Of a stretch of DNA of 64,000 bases, positions 45,606-55,837 are shown in pieces (the first letter of the stretch is position 1; each line of letters opens with the position of its first letter). The notes under the pieces were generated by a model that searched no databases, had not been told where the DNA came from, and saw only the letters and a list, made by a program, of their open reading frames with translations. Origin of the DNA: an uncultured Clostridium sp. (lineage in GTDB: Bacteria > Bacillota > Clostridia > Lachnospirales > Lachnospiraceae); assembly GCA_964655525.1 (NCBI GenBank), contig CAZZNE010000009.1, forward strand, positions 46,099-110,098, read 5' to 3'. The translations under genes and the position numbers were made by a program.

Positions 45606-47618
45606 ATGCATTGGTCAGATTTGATTGCAGAGGAAATCATAAAAAGAAACCCCAATAAAGAAGAATATGTATGTGCTGCCGGAATCAGTCCTTCCGGGTC
45701 TATTCATATTGGTAACTTCCGAGATATTGCAACAAGCTTGTTTGTTGTAAGAGCGTTGGAAAGAAAAGGGAAAAAAGCAAGACTGCTTTTTTCATGGGAT
45801 GAATACGATCGGATGCGTAAGGTGCCTGTAAATGTGGCAAAGGTTGCGGAGGATTTTGAAAAATATATCGGATATCCGTATGTAGATGTTCCCAACCCTT
45901 TTGGGACAGAGCATGCCACTTATGCGGAATATTTCGAGAAAGAATTTGAAGCGTCCATTGATAAATTCGGTATCAGCTTGGATTACCGCCATCAGGCAAG
46001 CATGTATCGTTCCGGCTGCTATCGCGAAAGCATTATAAAGGCTCTGGATAAAAGAGCAGAAATCTTTGACATTCTGGACAGCTTTCGCACACAGGATGCG
46101 GTAGAGGGGGAAAAGGAAGCATATTATCCTGTAAGCATCTACTGCAGCGAGTGTCATAGAGATACAACAAAGATCGTATCATACTCTGACGCGGAGAAGA
46201 AAGCGGAATATGAGTGTAAATGCGGCCACCATGGTACATTTGATTTTCATACGGACACCGACTGTAAGCTGGCATGGAAAATCGACTGGCCGATGAGATG
46301 GATGTATGAGAATGTGGATTTTGAGCCCGGCGGAAAAGATCATGCTGCACCGGGAGGTTCTTTTGATACAAGCAGAGTCATTGCCGAAAAGATTTTCGGC
46401 TTTCAGGCTCCGATTTTCAGGGGTTATGAGTTTATCGGCATCAGAGGAACGACAGGAAAAATGTCCGGTTCTTCGGGACTGAATATGACGCCTGAAACCC
46501 TTCTGAAGATTTACCAGCCGGAAATCCTGCTATGGTTATATGCGAGAGTCGAAACAAACAAGGCATTTGACCTGTGTTTTGACGATGGAATCCTGCGCCA
46601 GTATTTCGAATTTGATAAACAGTATGATCAGTATGTCAAGGGAGAAGCGGATGAGCATGTGAAATCTATCATGGAGAGCTGCCTGCTGACGGACAAACCG
46701 ATCAAGACGGTTCCGATGTCTCTTCTGGTTCAGCTGGGGTCCATTGTTGATTTCAATGTTCCGATGCTTGAGACCGTGTTTGAAAAGATCGGACAGCCAT
46801 TCAAATATGCTGATTTTGAGGAAAGACTGGAACTGGCAAAATACTGGCTGGAAAACTGCGCTCCTGAGAATGCCAACAAACTGGTTCCGTACCGTAACTG
46901 GGAAGTCTATGATCCGTTAAACGAAGAACAGAAGAAGGAGATTACACTGCTGCATGATTATCTGGTGGATGAGAACTATACACTGGATGAGCTGAACTTC
47001 CAGTTATATGAGATCACCAAAATGGTATACGGAGCAGACACGCCTGAATTGAGAAAGCTTCAGGGAGAATTCTTCAAAACGGTGTATAAGTTATTGCTGA
47101 ACAAAGAGAAGGGACCAAGACTGTATCTGTTCCTGTATGCAATTGATAAAGATCGCTTTGTCCATCTGCTTGATTTTTCTACGGATAAGACGGAAGAAGA
47201 AAAGGTTCCTTTGTCAGAATTAAATAAAGAACCTGAAAAAGAAGAGAAGAAGATCGAATACGGCGATCCTGACCCGGTAGAGCCTGTTAAGGAGCAGATC
47301 AGTCTGGATGTGTTTCAACAGATGGATCTGAGAGTATGTAAGGTCTTAAAATGCCAGGAGATCCGAAAATCGCACAGCTGTTACAGATTGACTTTATTTG
47401 ACGGAATCAAAGAACGTACCATTGTTTCTTCCATAAAGGCGTATTATACACCGGAGGAACTGGTTGGTAAGAAGATCATTGTGATAGCAAATCTTGAGCC
47501 CGCCAGAATCACAGGCGTAACCAGTGAAGGAATGCTGATGGCAGCAACAAATAACGCATGCGGATGTCAGGTGATCTTTGTGGATGATATTGTACCGGAA
47601 GGAACCATGATCCGCTGA
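45606..47618 (+). CDS. lysK: Class I lysyl-tRNA synthetase fused to a C-terminal Trbp111/EMAP-type tRNA-binding domain
   Basis: Class I signatures 'SPSGSIHIGNFRD' (HIGH-like) and 'GKMSGSSG' (KMSKS-like). C-terminus 'FQQMDLRVCKVLKCQEI...YTPEELVGKKIIVIANLEPARITGVTSEGMLMA' resembles the MetRS C-terminal domain. Confidence 0.85.
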   Translation: MHWSDLIAEEIIKRNPNKEEYVCAAGISPSGSIHIGNFRDIATSLFVVRALERKGKKARLLFSWDEYDRMRKVPVNVAKVAEDFEKYIGYPYVDVPNPFGTEHATYAEYFEKEFEASIDKFGISLDYRHQASMYRSGCYRESIIKALDKRAEIFDILDSFRTQDAVEGEKEAYYPVSIYCSECHRDTTKIVSYSDAEKKAEYECKCGHHGTFDFHTDTDCKLAWKIDWPMRWMYENVDFEPGGKDHAAPGGSFDTSRVIAEKIFGFQAPIFRGYEFIGIRGTTGKMSGSSGLNMTPETLLKIYQPEILLWLYARVETNKAFDLCFDDGILRQYFEFDKQYDQYVKGEADEHVKSIMESCLLTDKPIKTVPMSLLVQLGSIVDFNVPMLETVFEKIGQPFKYADFEERLELAKYWLENCAPENANKLVPYRNWEVYDPLNEEQKKEITLLHDYLVDENYTLDELNFQLYEITKMVYGADTPELRKLQGEFFKTVYKLLLNKEKGPRLYLFLYAIDKDRFVHLLDFSTDKTEEEKVPLSELNKEPEKEEKKIEYGDPDPVEPVKEQISLDVFQQMDLRVCKVLKCQEIRKSHSCYRLTLFDGIKERTIVSSIKAYYTPEELVGKKIIVIANLEPARITGVTSEGMLMAATNNACGCQVIFVDDIVPEGTMIR

Positions 47619-47670
47619 TTTGCCGAACTGTTATAGTGCACATCTGACAGATATAAGAAGAATAGCATCG

Positions 47671-47711
47671 AAAAACCATTTTCCGGGATCGGTCTTGGAG
47701 AATGGTTTTTT
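47671..47711 (+). terminator. Rho-independent terminator after lysK
   Basis: AAAAACCATT...AATGGTTTTTT. Confidence 0.65.
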
Positions 47712-47899
47712 GATATCGATTCCATCATAGAACCGGTCAAAGGACACGGAAAAGGAAAATATAAGTTTAGAATGAGGTAGCATAACCTAACAAAAAAGCA
47801 CGAATCTGCCGATATAAAATAAAACATACCGAGGTAGGTTCTCGGTTCTATTTAAGCGGGGAGCGCTTAATGACAAGACATCACGGAGGATACATATGG

Positions 47900-49132
47900 A
47901 TGAAACGTAAGGCGGTCAACGGAATCAAATATTGGGGACAATTACTTCTCCTTCCGGTATATTGGCTGTCTTTTTTGATGCCCAGAGATAAGAACATTTG
48001 GCTGTTCGGAAGCACCTTTGGAAGAAGATTTTCGGAAAACCCCAGATATTTGTATTTATATGCATGTCAGCATCGAACGGAAAACGGGCTGCGGCCAATC
48101 TGGATCAGCCACAATAAAGAGGTGATACGCTTCCTGAATGCCAATGGCTATGAGGCGTATGAGTACCATTCCTTGAAGGGAATCTGGTATGCGCTGCGGG
48201 CAAAAGTTTATATTTTTGACAATTATTCCAAGGATATTAACTTTTGGCAGTCCGGCGGCGCAGTCAAGATCAATTTGTGGCATGGATCCGGCAATAAGCG
48301 CACGAACTATGATAACCGCTTTGATACTGTGCGACACCCCAAGAATTTGTGGGAGAGATGGAAGACATTTCCGAGGCGTCTGTCGGATGAAAAGCCGGAT
48401 CACTATACGCTGGCGACCTCACCGGCCATGAAGGAAATCTTTATATCAGCGTTTCACACGGATGAAAAACACATTATCGTGGAGGGATATCCGAGAAATG
48501 ATATTCTGTTTCCTTTTGAGGAGTGTCAGATCCGTAATCTTTATACAAAAGAAGAACGTGAGCTTTTGAAGCTCATCTCTGCCCGGCGAAAGAGCGGCTG
48601 GCAGATTCTCACCTATATGCCGACGTTCCGGGAGTCGGAGACAAAGCTGCTTACCGTGCTGGACCCGGCGGCGCTGGATCGTTTTTTAGAAAAAGAGAAA
48701 TTGTTCCTTGTCATGAAGCTGCACCCGAAGTCGAAAATAAAGAAGGAACTGGAGAAGCTTCATTATCGGAATATCGTGAATGCGGATGCGGAGATCGACG
48801 TGTATTCGTTTCTGGGCGAGAGCGATCTGCTCATCACGGATTACTCCTCCGTATATACGGACTTCATGCTGTTAGACCGTCCGGTTCTGGCTTTTTGTTA
48901 TGACTGGGAGGAATATACGGAGCATACGAGAGAATGCTATATTGATCAGGACGAATATATGCCGGAGCGGAAAGCGACGACGATGGAGGAACTCATGGAG
49001 GGAATCTGCGAGGTGCTGAAAGAGGATACACATAAAGAGCAGCGCCGTGTCTCGCGCAGACGGATGTTTGCGAAGACGGACGGCAGATCGTGTGAGCGGT
49101 TGATCCGAAAGATCAAGAATATTAGGAAGTAA
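47900..49132 (+). CDS. CDP-glycerol/CDP-ribitol polyol-phosphate transferase (TagB/TagF family)
   Basis: 'KINLWHGSGNKR' and 'ITDYSSVYTDFMLLDRPVLAFCYDWEEY' fit the TagF-family pattern. GGAGGA lies 9 nt before the ATG at 47900. Confidence 0.8.
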   Translation: MKRKAVNGIKYWGQLLLLPVYWLSFLMPRDKNIWLFGSTFGRRFSENPRYLYLYACQHRTENGLRPIWISHNKEVIRFLNANGYEAYEYHSLKGIWYALRAKVYIFDNYSKDINFWQSGGAVKINLWHGSGNKRTNYDNRFDTVRHPKNLWERWKTFPRRLSDEKPDHYTLATSPAMKEIFISAFHTDEKHIIVEGYPRNDILFPFEECQIRNLYTKEERELLKLISARRKSGWQILTYMPTFRESETKLLTVLDPAALDRFLEKEKLFLVMKLHPKSKIKKELEKLHYRNIVNADAEIDVYSFLGESDLLITDYSSVYTDFMLLDRPVLAFCYDWEEYTEHTRECYIDQDEYMPERKATTMEELMEGICEVLKEDTHKEQRRVSRRRMFAKTDGRSCERLIRKIKNIRK

Positions 49133-49174
49133 GGTACCGGAAATGCCCCAAAAAGCGGGCGGATAGGAGCGGTT

Positions 49175-49885
49175 ATGAATGTTGCAATGCTGATCGCCGG
49201 CGGAAGCGGGCAGAGAATGAAGCAGGATATACCGAAGCAGTTTATCAACGTAAATGACAGACCTGTCATCGTGTATACGCTGGAAGCGTTTCAGAAACAT
49301 CCGAATGTGGATGCGATCGCGGTCGTATGTCTGCAGGGCTGGGAGGAGATCTTAAGGGCATACGCAAAGCAGTTTAATATCACGAAGCTGCAATGGATTT
49401 TCCCAGGTGGAGAAAACGGGCAGGAATCCCTTCGGAACGGCGTGATGGGATTAAAAGAAGTCTGTGACGGTGAAGATCTGGTGATCATTCATGATGCGAT
49501 CCGTCCGATGGTATCGCAGGAGATCATTTCGGAGAATATCAGCTGCTGCATGCGTCACGGTTCCGCGATTACGGTGATTCCGTGCGCGGAGGCGATGCTT
49601 TTGACGGATGATAAAAACAGCTCCACAGAAATGATACCGAGAGACCGCCTTGCAAGAACGCAGACGCCGCAGGCGTTTCCGCTGAAAAAACTGGTGTGGG
49701 CGCACGAGGAGGCGGCAAAGCGGGGAATTAAGGAATCCATTGCCACCTGTACGCTCATGATCGAGCTTGGAGAGCAGATTTATTTTTCAACCGGTTCGGA
49801 GAAAAATTTGAAATTGACAACGGCGGAGGACATTGAGATATTTAAGGCGCTGCTACACTCAAAAAAGGATGACTGGATGAAGTAG
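49175..49885 (+). CDS. IspD/TarI-family cytidylyltransferase (probably ribitol-5-phosphate cytidylyltransferase)
   Basis: 'MLIAGGSGQRM...PKQF' and 'RTQTPQAF'. The context is a teichoic-acid-like locus rather than isoprenoid genes. Confidence 0.75.
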   Translation: MNVAMLIAGGSGQRMKQDIPKQFINVNDRPVIVYTLEAFQKHPNVDAIAVVCLQGWEEILRAYAKQFNITKLQWIFPGGENGQESLRNGVMGLKEVCDGEDLVIIHDAIRPMVSQEIISENISCCMRHGSAITVIPCAEAMLLTDDKNSSTEMIPRDRLARTQTPQAFPLKKLVWAHEEAAKRGIKESIATCTLMIELGEQIYFSTGSEKNLKLTTAEDIEIFKALLHSKKDDWMK

Positions 49886-49899
49886 ATCACACTGCACGA

Positions 49900-51009
49900 A
49901 TGGAGGACATGATGCTGGAAAGCGCCCTGTATCAAGAGGATCTAAAAAAAATAAATGACACTGTCTTTTCGGGGGAGGAACTCGAACAGAAAAATATTTT
50001 GATCACGGGAGGAACCGGCTTAATCGGTTCCTGTCTTGTCGATGCGTTACTTTTCAGAAACGAGCATCTGGGAGCGCATGTCGGTATCTGGGTGCTGTGC
50101 CGCAATGAGGCGCGGGCGAAAGAGGTATTCGGAGGATATTTGGAAAAGGAATACTTTCACCTGATCGTTCAGGACATTTCCGAACCGCTACCGTCGGATG
50201 CGCCGGGATCCATGGACTTTATTATCCACGCCGCAAGCAAGGGAGACCCGAACAGTTTTGTCACGGATCCGCTCGGCGTGATGAATGCGAATGTATTAGG
50301 GATGCATTGGCTCTTAGAATATGCAAAGCGCACAAATACCACAAAGATTCTATACCTGTCCAGCGGGGAGGCATACGGAAAGGTGGATCTGCCGGAGGAT
50401 ATTCCGATTTCAGAGACAATGACGGGGCTGCTTGACAGCCTGAATGTCAGAAACTGTTATGGCATTTCGAAACGGGCAGCGGAGACGATGTGCGTCAGTG
50501 CGGCATCTGAATATCAGGTTCCGGTATGCATCGCAAGATTGTGCCATATCTATGGACCGACCATGACAACGGGTGAAAACAGAGTGATTTTTCAGTTCCT
50601 CCGGAAAGCTTTGGATCAGGAGGAAATTGTATTAAAAAGCGAAGGGCTTCAAAAGCGGTCTTACTGCTATGTGGCGGATGCGGCGGCGGCACTGTTTACG
50701 ATTCTGTTCCGGGGCGAGCCGGGGGAAGCGTATAATGTATCAAACGAGAAATCCGTCGTGACGATCCGCGGACTCGCGGAAATCCTCGGCAACTATGTAG
50801 GAAACGGCGTAAAATATGAACAGCAGACAGAGTCAGAGCGCAGAGGAAATTCCGGCATTATGCACGCGGTGCTTGATAATCACAAGCTCTTAGAACTTGG
50901 CGTTCGTATGGAATATGATATGGAGGCAGGATTAAAACAGACGTTGGAGATCATGAAGGAGAAAGAGGATGGGAAAAGAAATCGGGATTGTCATATGCAA
51001 TTACAATAA
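49900..51009 (+). CDS. NAD(P)-dependent SDR epimerase/dehydratase-fold reductase
   Basis: 'ILITGGTGLIGSCL' and 'YGISKRAAE' (YxxxK). It follows the cytidylyltransferase gene. Confidence 0.75.
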   Translation: MEDMMLESALYQEDLKKINDTVFSGEELEQKNILITGGTGLIGSCLVDALLFRNEHLGAHVGIWVLCRNEARAKEVFGGYLEKEYFHLIVQDISEPLPSDAPGSMDFIIHAASKGDPNSFVTDPLGVMNANVLGMHWLLEYAKRTNTTKILYLSSGEAYGKVDLPEDIPISETMTGLLDSLNVRNCYGISKRAAETMCVSAASEYQVPVCIARLCHIYGPTMTTGENRVIFQFLRKALDQEEIVLKSEGLQKRSYCYVADAAAALFTILFRGEPGEAYNVSNEKSVVTIRGLAEILGNYVGNGVKYEQQTESERRGNSGIMHAVLDNHKLLELGVRMEYDMEAGLKQTLEIMKEKEDGKRNRDCHMQLQ

Positions 51010-52294
51010 ACAGGACTATGTGCTTAAGTGTCTGGATTCCTTATTTGCTTCTGATACGGACGATTTTGACGTCTACGTCGTGGACAACGCATCGCAGGAT
51101 GATTCCGTAAAACGGATCAAAGAACAATTCGGGGATCGCGTAACGCTGTTGGTAAATCAGGAAAATCTGGGCGGCTCCGGCGGATTCAATACAGGACTCA
51201 GAAAAGTGCTGGAAGGCGATTACCAATACTTGATGTGCGTGGATAACGATATTGTCTTTGCGCCCGATGCAGTCAGCGCGCTGCGCCGCTTTTTGGAGGA
51301 GCACGAGGATACGGCGGTGGTGGGCAGCAAAGCGTACTTTATGGACGAGCCGGATAAAATCTGGAATTTTGGCGGGATCATCCGCTTTGATACCTTTATT
51401 CAGCAGGATCAACATAAAAATTGTATAGATGCGGGACAACTCCCGGAGGTGGTATACGGCGATTATGTTCCAGCCTGTTCTCTGATGGCACGGGTGGATG
51501 CGGTCAGGAAAGTCGGTATCATGCCGGAGGACAACTTTATTTATTGGGACGATATGGAATGGGGGTATCGCTTCCGGCAGGCAGGCTATAGGGTCGCGTC
51601 CTACGGAAAGTCGAAGGTGTGGCACAAGGCCGGGGGCAGGAATGCGGGAAACACCTTTATTCATTACTATATGTGGCGGAATCGGATTCATTTTTTCAGA
51701 CAGTTTCTTCCGCCGGAGGACAGAGAACGTTTTGCGGAAAGTCTGCTGACAGAAATGTTTCGGATGATCTATAGCGTCAACTTAAAGGGAGAGACGAATA
51801 TCATACGGACGCTCATGTATGCCTTTGATGATGCCGTACACGGAGTAAGGGGAAAAGCAAAAGAGGGAAGAATTCTGCCGAGACCCGCCGTGGCGAACCG
51901 ATTGGAGCAGGCATTATCGGGAAAAGAAAGCGTGTTGATCCGATTTAACGGAAGCTTTGAGGGAATTGGAAATATCGTCAAAAATATACGAAAGACGCTG
52001 CCGCATATGCAGATCGCGATTTCCACAGCGGACTGTCCGGAGCAGGCGGGAGAACTGATAACGCAGTATCCGGATTGTGAGGTCACGGAGTGCTATGAGC
52101 CGGAGAAGTTTGCGGCACATCTGGTCATGTGCGAGCATATTTTTAAGCTGTCGCCGGACATGGAAAAGGACAGTTATATCGATCCGTGGTGTAACCTAAT
52201 CTACACGGCAAAAGATTTTATCTATGCCAGCAGCTTCGAGCAGACCAAGCAATTGTTTGTACTGTGTAAAAAAGAGCTTTTGTGCGGTGATTGA
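50969..52294 (+). CDS. GT2-family glycosyltransferase with a C-terminal domain of about 170 aa (paralogue A)
   Basis: 'IGIVICNYNK', 'VYVVDNASQDDS', 'NLGGSGGFNTGL' and 'CVDNDI'. It overlaps the upstream SDR gene by 41 nt. Confidence 0.85.
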   Translation: MGKEIGIVICNYNKQDYVLKCLDSLFASDTDDFDVYVVDNASQDDSVKRIKEQFGDRVTLLVNQENLGGSGGFNTGLRKVLEGDYQYLMCVDNDIVFAPDAVSALRRFLEEHEDTAVVGSKAYFMDEPDKIWNFGGIIRFDTFIQQDQHKNCIDAGQLPEVVYGDYVPACSLMARVDAVRKVGIMPEDNFIYWDDMEWGYRFRQAGYRVASYGKSKVWHKAGGRNAGNTFIHYYMWRNRIHFFRQFLPPEDRERFAESLLTEMFRMIYSVNLKGETNIIRTLMYAFDDAVHGVRGKAKEGRILPRPAVANRLEQALSGKESVLIRFNGSFEGIGNIVKNIRKTLPHMQIAISTADCPEQAGELITQYPDCEVTECYEPEKFAAHLVMCEHIFKLSPDMEKDSYIDPWCNLIYTAKDFIYASSFEQTKQLFVLCKKELLCGD

Positions 52295-52325
52295 TGGCGG
52301 ACAGGAAGCATGGAGGAGGAAAGCG

Positions 52326-53750
52326 ATGGATCCGGTTATAGTATTCGGCGCAGGAATCGGCGGGAAGATCGTAAAGTGGATGCTGGAAGATTTTGGCATA
52401 CCGGTCAAGGCATTTACAGATAACGGCAGGGATAAGTGGGGCACAATGCAGGACGGGATTCCTGTGATTCCTCCGGATTCCTTACATGACGGCGAAAGCA
52501 GGATTGTGATCGCAAGCACCTGGGAGAGCGAGATCAGGGAGCAGTTGACCGAAATGGGACTGATAGACCGTGTGATCGGCAAGGAAGTCTTCATGTATCA
52601 ATATCTGGAACAAAGCGCAGGAATATATTCCGACCTTTCCGGGTATCCGATCGACAGCGGTAAAAAGACGACGTTTTTATTCGGCACGGATCTCGGGTTA
52701 TACCAGGGCGGCGTGGAGAGCTGGACCTATACGGTAGCGGACGAGTTAAGAAAAAGGGGATACGGGATCAAGATTTTGACAAATCAGACCTCGCAGCCTG
52801 CACCGGAACGGTTTCAGAAAGACACCTATTATCTGAATATGCGGGGGCGGGAATATTGCAGCGGTTTGCGGGATACGGTCAATGCGATCATGGAAAATGC
52901 GCCCTGCGTGGTCATTGATTCCTGGCAGAGCATGACGATGCTTGCGGCGGCAATCGTGAAAAGGCAGAATGGGGCTGCTGTTCGTAAGCTCGTAGAGATC
53001 ATACATAGTGATCTGCCGCGGTTGTGCGGCATCGTGACGAAATTTGAAAACGAAATTGATATCTGCATGGGAGTGAGCAGGGATATTAATCGGAGTCTGG
53101 TCGAAGATTATAAAATGACGCCGGAGAAAGTGCATTATAAAGAGAGTCCCGTAAAATATGATGCAGACCTGGAGCGGGACTATGCGCTTGACGAGAGTCA
53201 GCCGCTTCGCATCGGGTATGCGGGAAGATTAACGAAAAGTCAGAAAAGAGCGGATTTATTGCCGGAGTTGATGGACAGGCTGATGGAACGCAAGGTTCAT
53301 TTTCGCATGCAGATTGCCGGGAGCGGCGTTCTGCAGGATATGATCCAAAACCATATCACCGAAAAGGGGTATGCACAGTTTGCATCCCTGATGGGATATA
53401 TTCCGAGGGAAGAGATGAATCGTTTTTGGAGCGGGCAGGATATTTTTATCAATTTGTCCGAATCCGAGGGCGTTTGCTTGTCTATGCTAGAGGCGATGGG
53501 GAACGGATGTGTTCCGGTCGTGCCTAACATTACGGGGAGTGGAGAGTTCGTCACGGAAGACATGGGGTATATCTGCGAAATCGGGAATCCGGATGCCATG
53601 GCGGAAAAAATTGCATACATTGACCGGCATAGGGAAAAGCTTGGGCAGATGGGACAGAAAGCATGTGAATCCGCCAGAAAAAAATGCAGTGTGGAAGCCT
53701 ATGTAGATCATCTGCTGGGGCTGACGGCTGAGAGCGGGGAAAAGGGATAA
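52326..53750 (+). CDS. GT4-type (GT-B) glycosyltransferase with an N-terminal Rossmann-like extension
   Basis: 'LSESEGVCLSMLEAMGNGCVPVV' fits the GT4 EX7E region. N-terminus 'VIVFGAGIGGKIV'. GGAGGAGG RBS. Confidence 0.8.
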   Translation: MDPVIVFGAGIGGKIVKWMLEDFGIPVKAFTDNGRDKWGTMQDGIPVIPPDSLHDGESRIVIASTWESEIREQLTEMGLIDRVIGKEVFMYQYLEQSAGIYSDLSGYPIDSGKKTTFLFGTDLGLYQGGVESWTYTVADELRKRGYGIKILTNQTSQPAPERFQKDTYYLNMRGREYCSGLRDTVNAIMENAPCVVIDSWQSMTMLAAAIVKRQNGAAVRKLVEIIHSDLPRLCGIVTKFENEIDICMGVSRDINRSLVEDYKMTPEKVHYKESPVKYDADLERDYALDESQPLRIGYAGRLTKSQKRADLLPELMDRLMERKVHFRMQIAGSGVLQDMIQNHITEKGYAQFASLMGYIPREEMNRFWSGQDIFINLSESEGVCLSMLEAMGNGCVPVVPNITGSGEFVTEDMGYICEIGNPDAMAEKIAYIDRHREKLGQMGQKACESARKKCSVEAYVDHLLGLTAESGEKG

Positions 53751-53788
53751 GTTCATACTGCCATAGGCGGTAGGAGTAGGGGGCTCGC

Positions 53789-55111
53789 ATGGATAAAAAA
53801 ATCGGTATTGTTATTTGTAATTATAATAAAAAGCAATTTGTGTTATCGTGCATCCGGTCCGTACTGGATTCAAGCAGGAAGGACTTTGACGTCTATGTGG
53901 TGGATAACGCCTCGACGGACGGCAGTGCGGACGCGGTGAAAGCGGCATATGGAGATCAGGTCATTCTGATTCAGAACGAGCAAAACCTCGGCGGCAGCGG
54001 GGGATTCAATACGGGACTCCGCGCGGCAAGGCAGAAGGGATACCCCTATTACATGTGCGTGGATAATGATATTGTGATGGATGAGCATAATATCGAAAAG
54101 CTGTATTGTTTTTTAGAAGATCATCATGATGTGGGAATCGTCGGTTCTAAAATCTGCCGCATGCAGCATCCGGAGCGGCTTCAGGAGCTTGGAGCGAGAC
54201 TGGATTTTGAAAAATGCACACATGTGCCTTATTATAAAGACCATTTAGACAATGAGGATATCCCGGAGGTGCAGGATTGCGATTATGTTCCCGCCTGTTC
54301 GCTGATGGTTCGGGATGAGGTGATCGATAAGATCGGGGTGCTCCCGGAAGAAAATTTTATTTATTGGGACGACATGGAATGGTGCTATAAGGCAAAGCTC
54401 GCGGGGTATCGGGTTGCGGCGTACCGGCAGGCGAAGGTGCTGCATGATATGGGGACCAATTCAGGGGATACCTATTTTTCTACTTACTATTTCTGGCGAA
54501 ACAGAATTCGTTTTTTTGCAAGATATACGCCGCAGGATCAAAGAGAAGCGGCGATGGGAACCTTGCTTGAAAATGTTTTTCAGACAATGTACGGCTGCTA
54601 TTACAAGGGGAAGGCAAATCAGATTTCCATTATGATGCATGCGCTTGACGATGCGATTCATCATCTCACAGGGAAGGCGGCTGAGGGAAAAATCCTGCCG
54701 AAGGATACGATAGGAGACCGAGTGGCAGGATTGTTTGAGAACTATCATAATGTTATCGTTGAATTTAACGGGGATTACAAGCTGCTTCAGGATATTGTGA
54801 AAAAGATACAAAAGGCAGAGGCGGAAGTTTCCCTGCGGATCGTCAGTGACGATGCGGAGGAAGTGCAAAGACAATATCCGGAATATTCCGTCATAAAGAG
54901 AGAACAGGTGCCAATCGAAACGGTCGAGGACTTAAGCGTATTGTGGCTTGCGATGTGTGAGCATGTATCTAAAGTGGAGGATCACAGTCTGAAAAAGGTT
55001 TATATTGACCCGTACAGTAATCTTTTGGAGAATGAGCGGGATCTGCAGCATTTTGCAGGGTATCAATATAATAAGGATCTGTTTGTGCGCATGTGGAAAG
55101 TGCTGTTGTAA
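53789..55111 (+). CDS. GT2-family glycosyltransferase (paralogue B of 50969-52294)
   Basis: 'IGIVICNYNK', 'VYVVDNASTDGS', 'NLGGSGGFNTGL' and 'CVDNDI'. Same length and same C-terminal domain as paralogue A. Confidence 0.85.
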   Translation: MDKKIGIVICNYNKKQFVLSCIRSVLDSSRKDFDVYVVDNASTDGSADAVKAAYGDQVILIQNEQNLGGSGGFNTGLRAARQKGYPYYMCVDNDIVMDEHNIEKLYCFLEDHHDVGIVGSKICRMQHPERLQELGARLDFEKCTHVPYYKDHLDNEDIPEVQDCDYVPACSLMVRDEVIDKIGVLPEENFIYWDDMEWCYKAKLAGYRVAAYRQAKVLHDMGTNSGDTYFSTYYFWRNRIRFFARYTPQDQREAAMGTLLENVFQTMYGCYYKGKANQISIMMHALDDAIHHLTGKAAEGKILPKDTIGDRVAGLFENYHNVIVEFNGDYKLLQDIVKKIQKAEAEVSLRIVSDDAEEVQRQYPEYSVIKREQVPIETVEDLSVLWLAMCEHVSKVEDHSLKKVYIDPYSNLLENERDLQHFAGYQYNKDLFVRMWKVLL

Positions 55112-55292
55112 GGGAACGGTACGCATGGGGAAAACGAGAAAATTCCCGAGTGAAAATAAAGTAGTGCAAACGGGATAAAGTGTAGTGCAAAATAAAATAA
55201 AGTATGGTATGATACAAGATAGGTAAAATCTGTCGGACGCGTCCGAAGAGGGCGCAAAAAATATCACGTTCATCATTAGGAGGAAAGAAAAC

Positions 55293-55769
55293 ATGAAAAA
55301 AGGCGGCGTAGCAGTATTTTCCACATTGATCGGAGCGATTGCGGGATTTGCGGGAAGCTCCTATCTGGGCAACAAGCAGGTTGCACAGAAGGCAGAGAAG
55401 GTTGACAAGTTTAAGGGCTATTACAACATGCTTAACCAGTGGCTTGTATTAAAGCAGGAGGGTAAATCCTTAGAGAAGTACTTCACGGACAACGGTTATA
55501 AGACGGTTGCTATCTACGGTATGGGAGAGATGGGAAATCGTCTGTATGACGAGCTGAAGGGTACTTCCGTAACCGTAAAATACGCGGTTGACAAAAATGC
55601 GGCAAGCACATACTCCGAGCTGGATGTCATTGATCCCGAGGACGATTTTGAAGAGGTTGACGCGATCGTTGTGAGCGCGATCTTTGCTTTTGATGAGATT
55701 GAGGAGATGCTGAGCGACAAGGTTGACTTCCCAATCGTATCCTTAGAGGATGTTGTGTACGAGGCATAA
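55293..55769 (+). CDS. Small membrane-anchored protein with a Rossmann-like domain
   Basis: N-terminal TM 'VAVFSTLIGAIAGFAGSSYL', then 'VAIYGMGEMGNRLYDEL'. AGGAGG RBS. It resembles the N-terminus of the GT4 gene product. Confidence 0.65.
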   Translation: MKKGGVAVFSTLIGAIAGFAGSSYLGNKQVAQKAEKVDKFKGYYNMLNQWLVLKQEGKSLEKYFTDNGYKTVAIYGMGEMGNRLYDELKGTSVTVKYAVDKNAASTYSELDVIDPEDDFEEVDAIVVSAIFAFDEIEEMLSDKVDFPIVSLEDVVYEA

Positions 55770-55837
55770 GCGCGAGCAGCGTTTGCCGGGATGATCGCAG
55801 AAGATGTGATAGAACGGTTTAGATTGCGATTAGTGGG

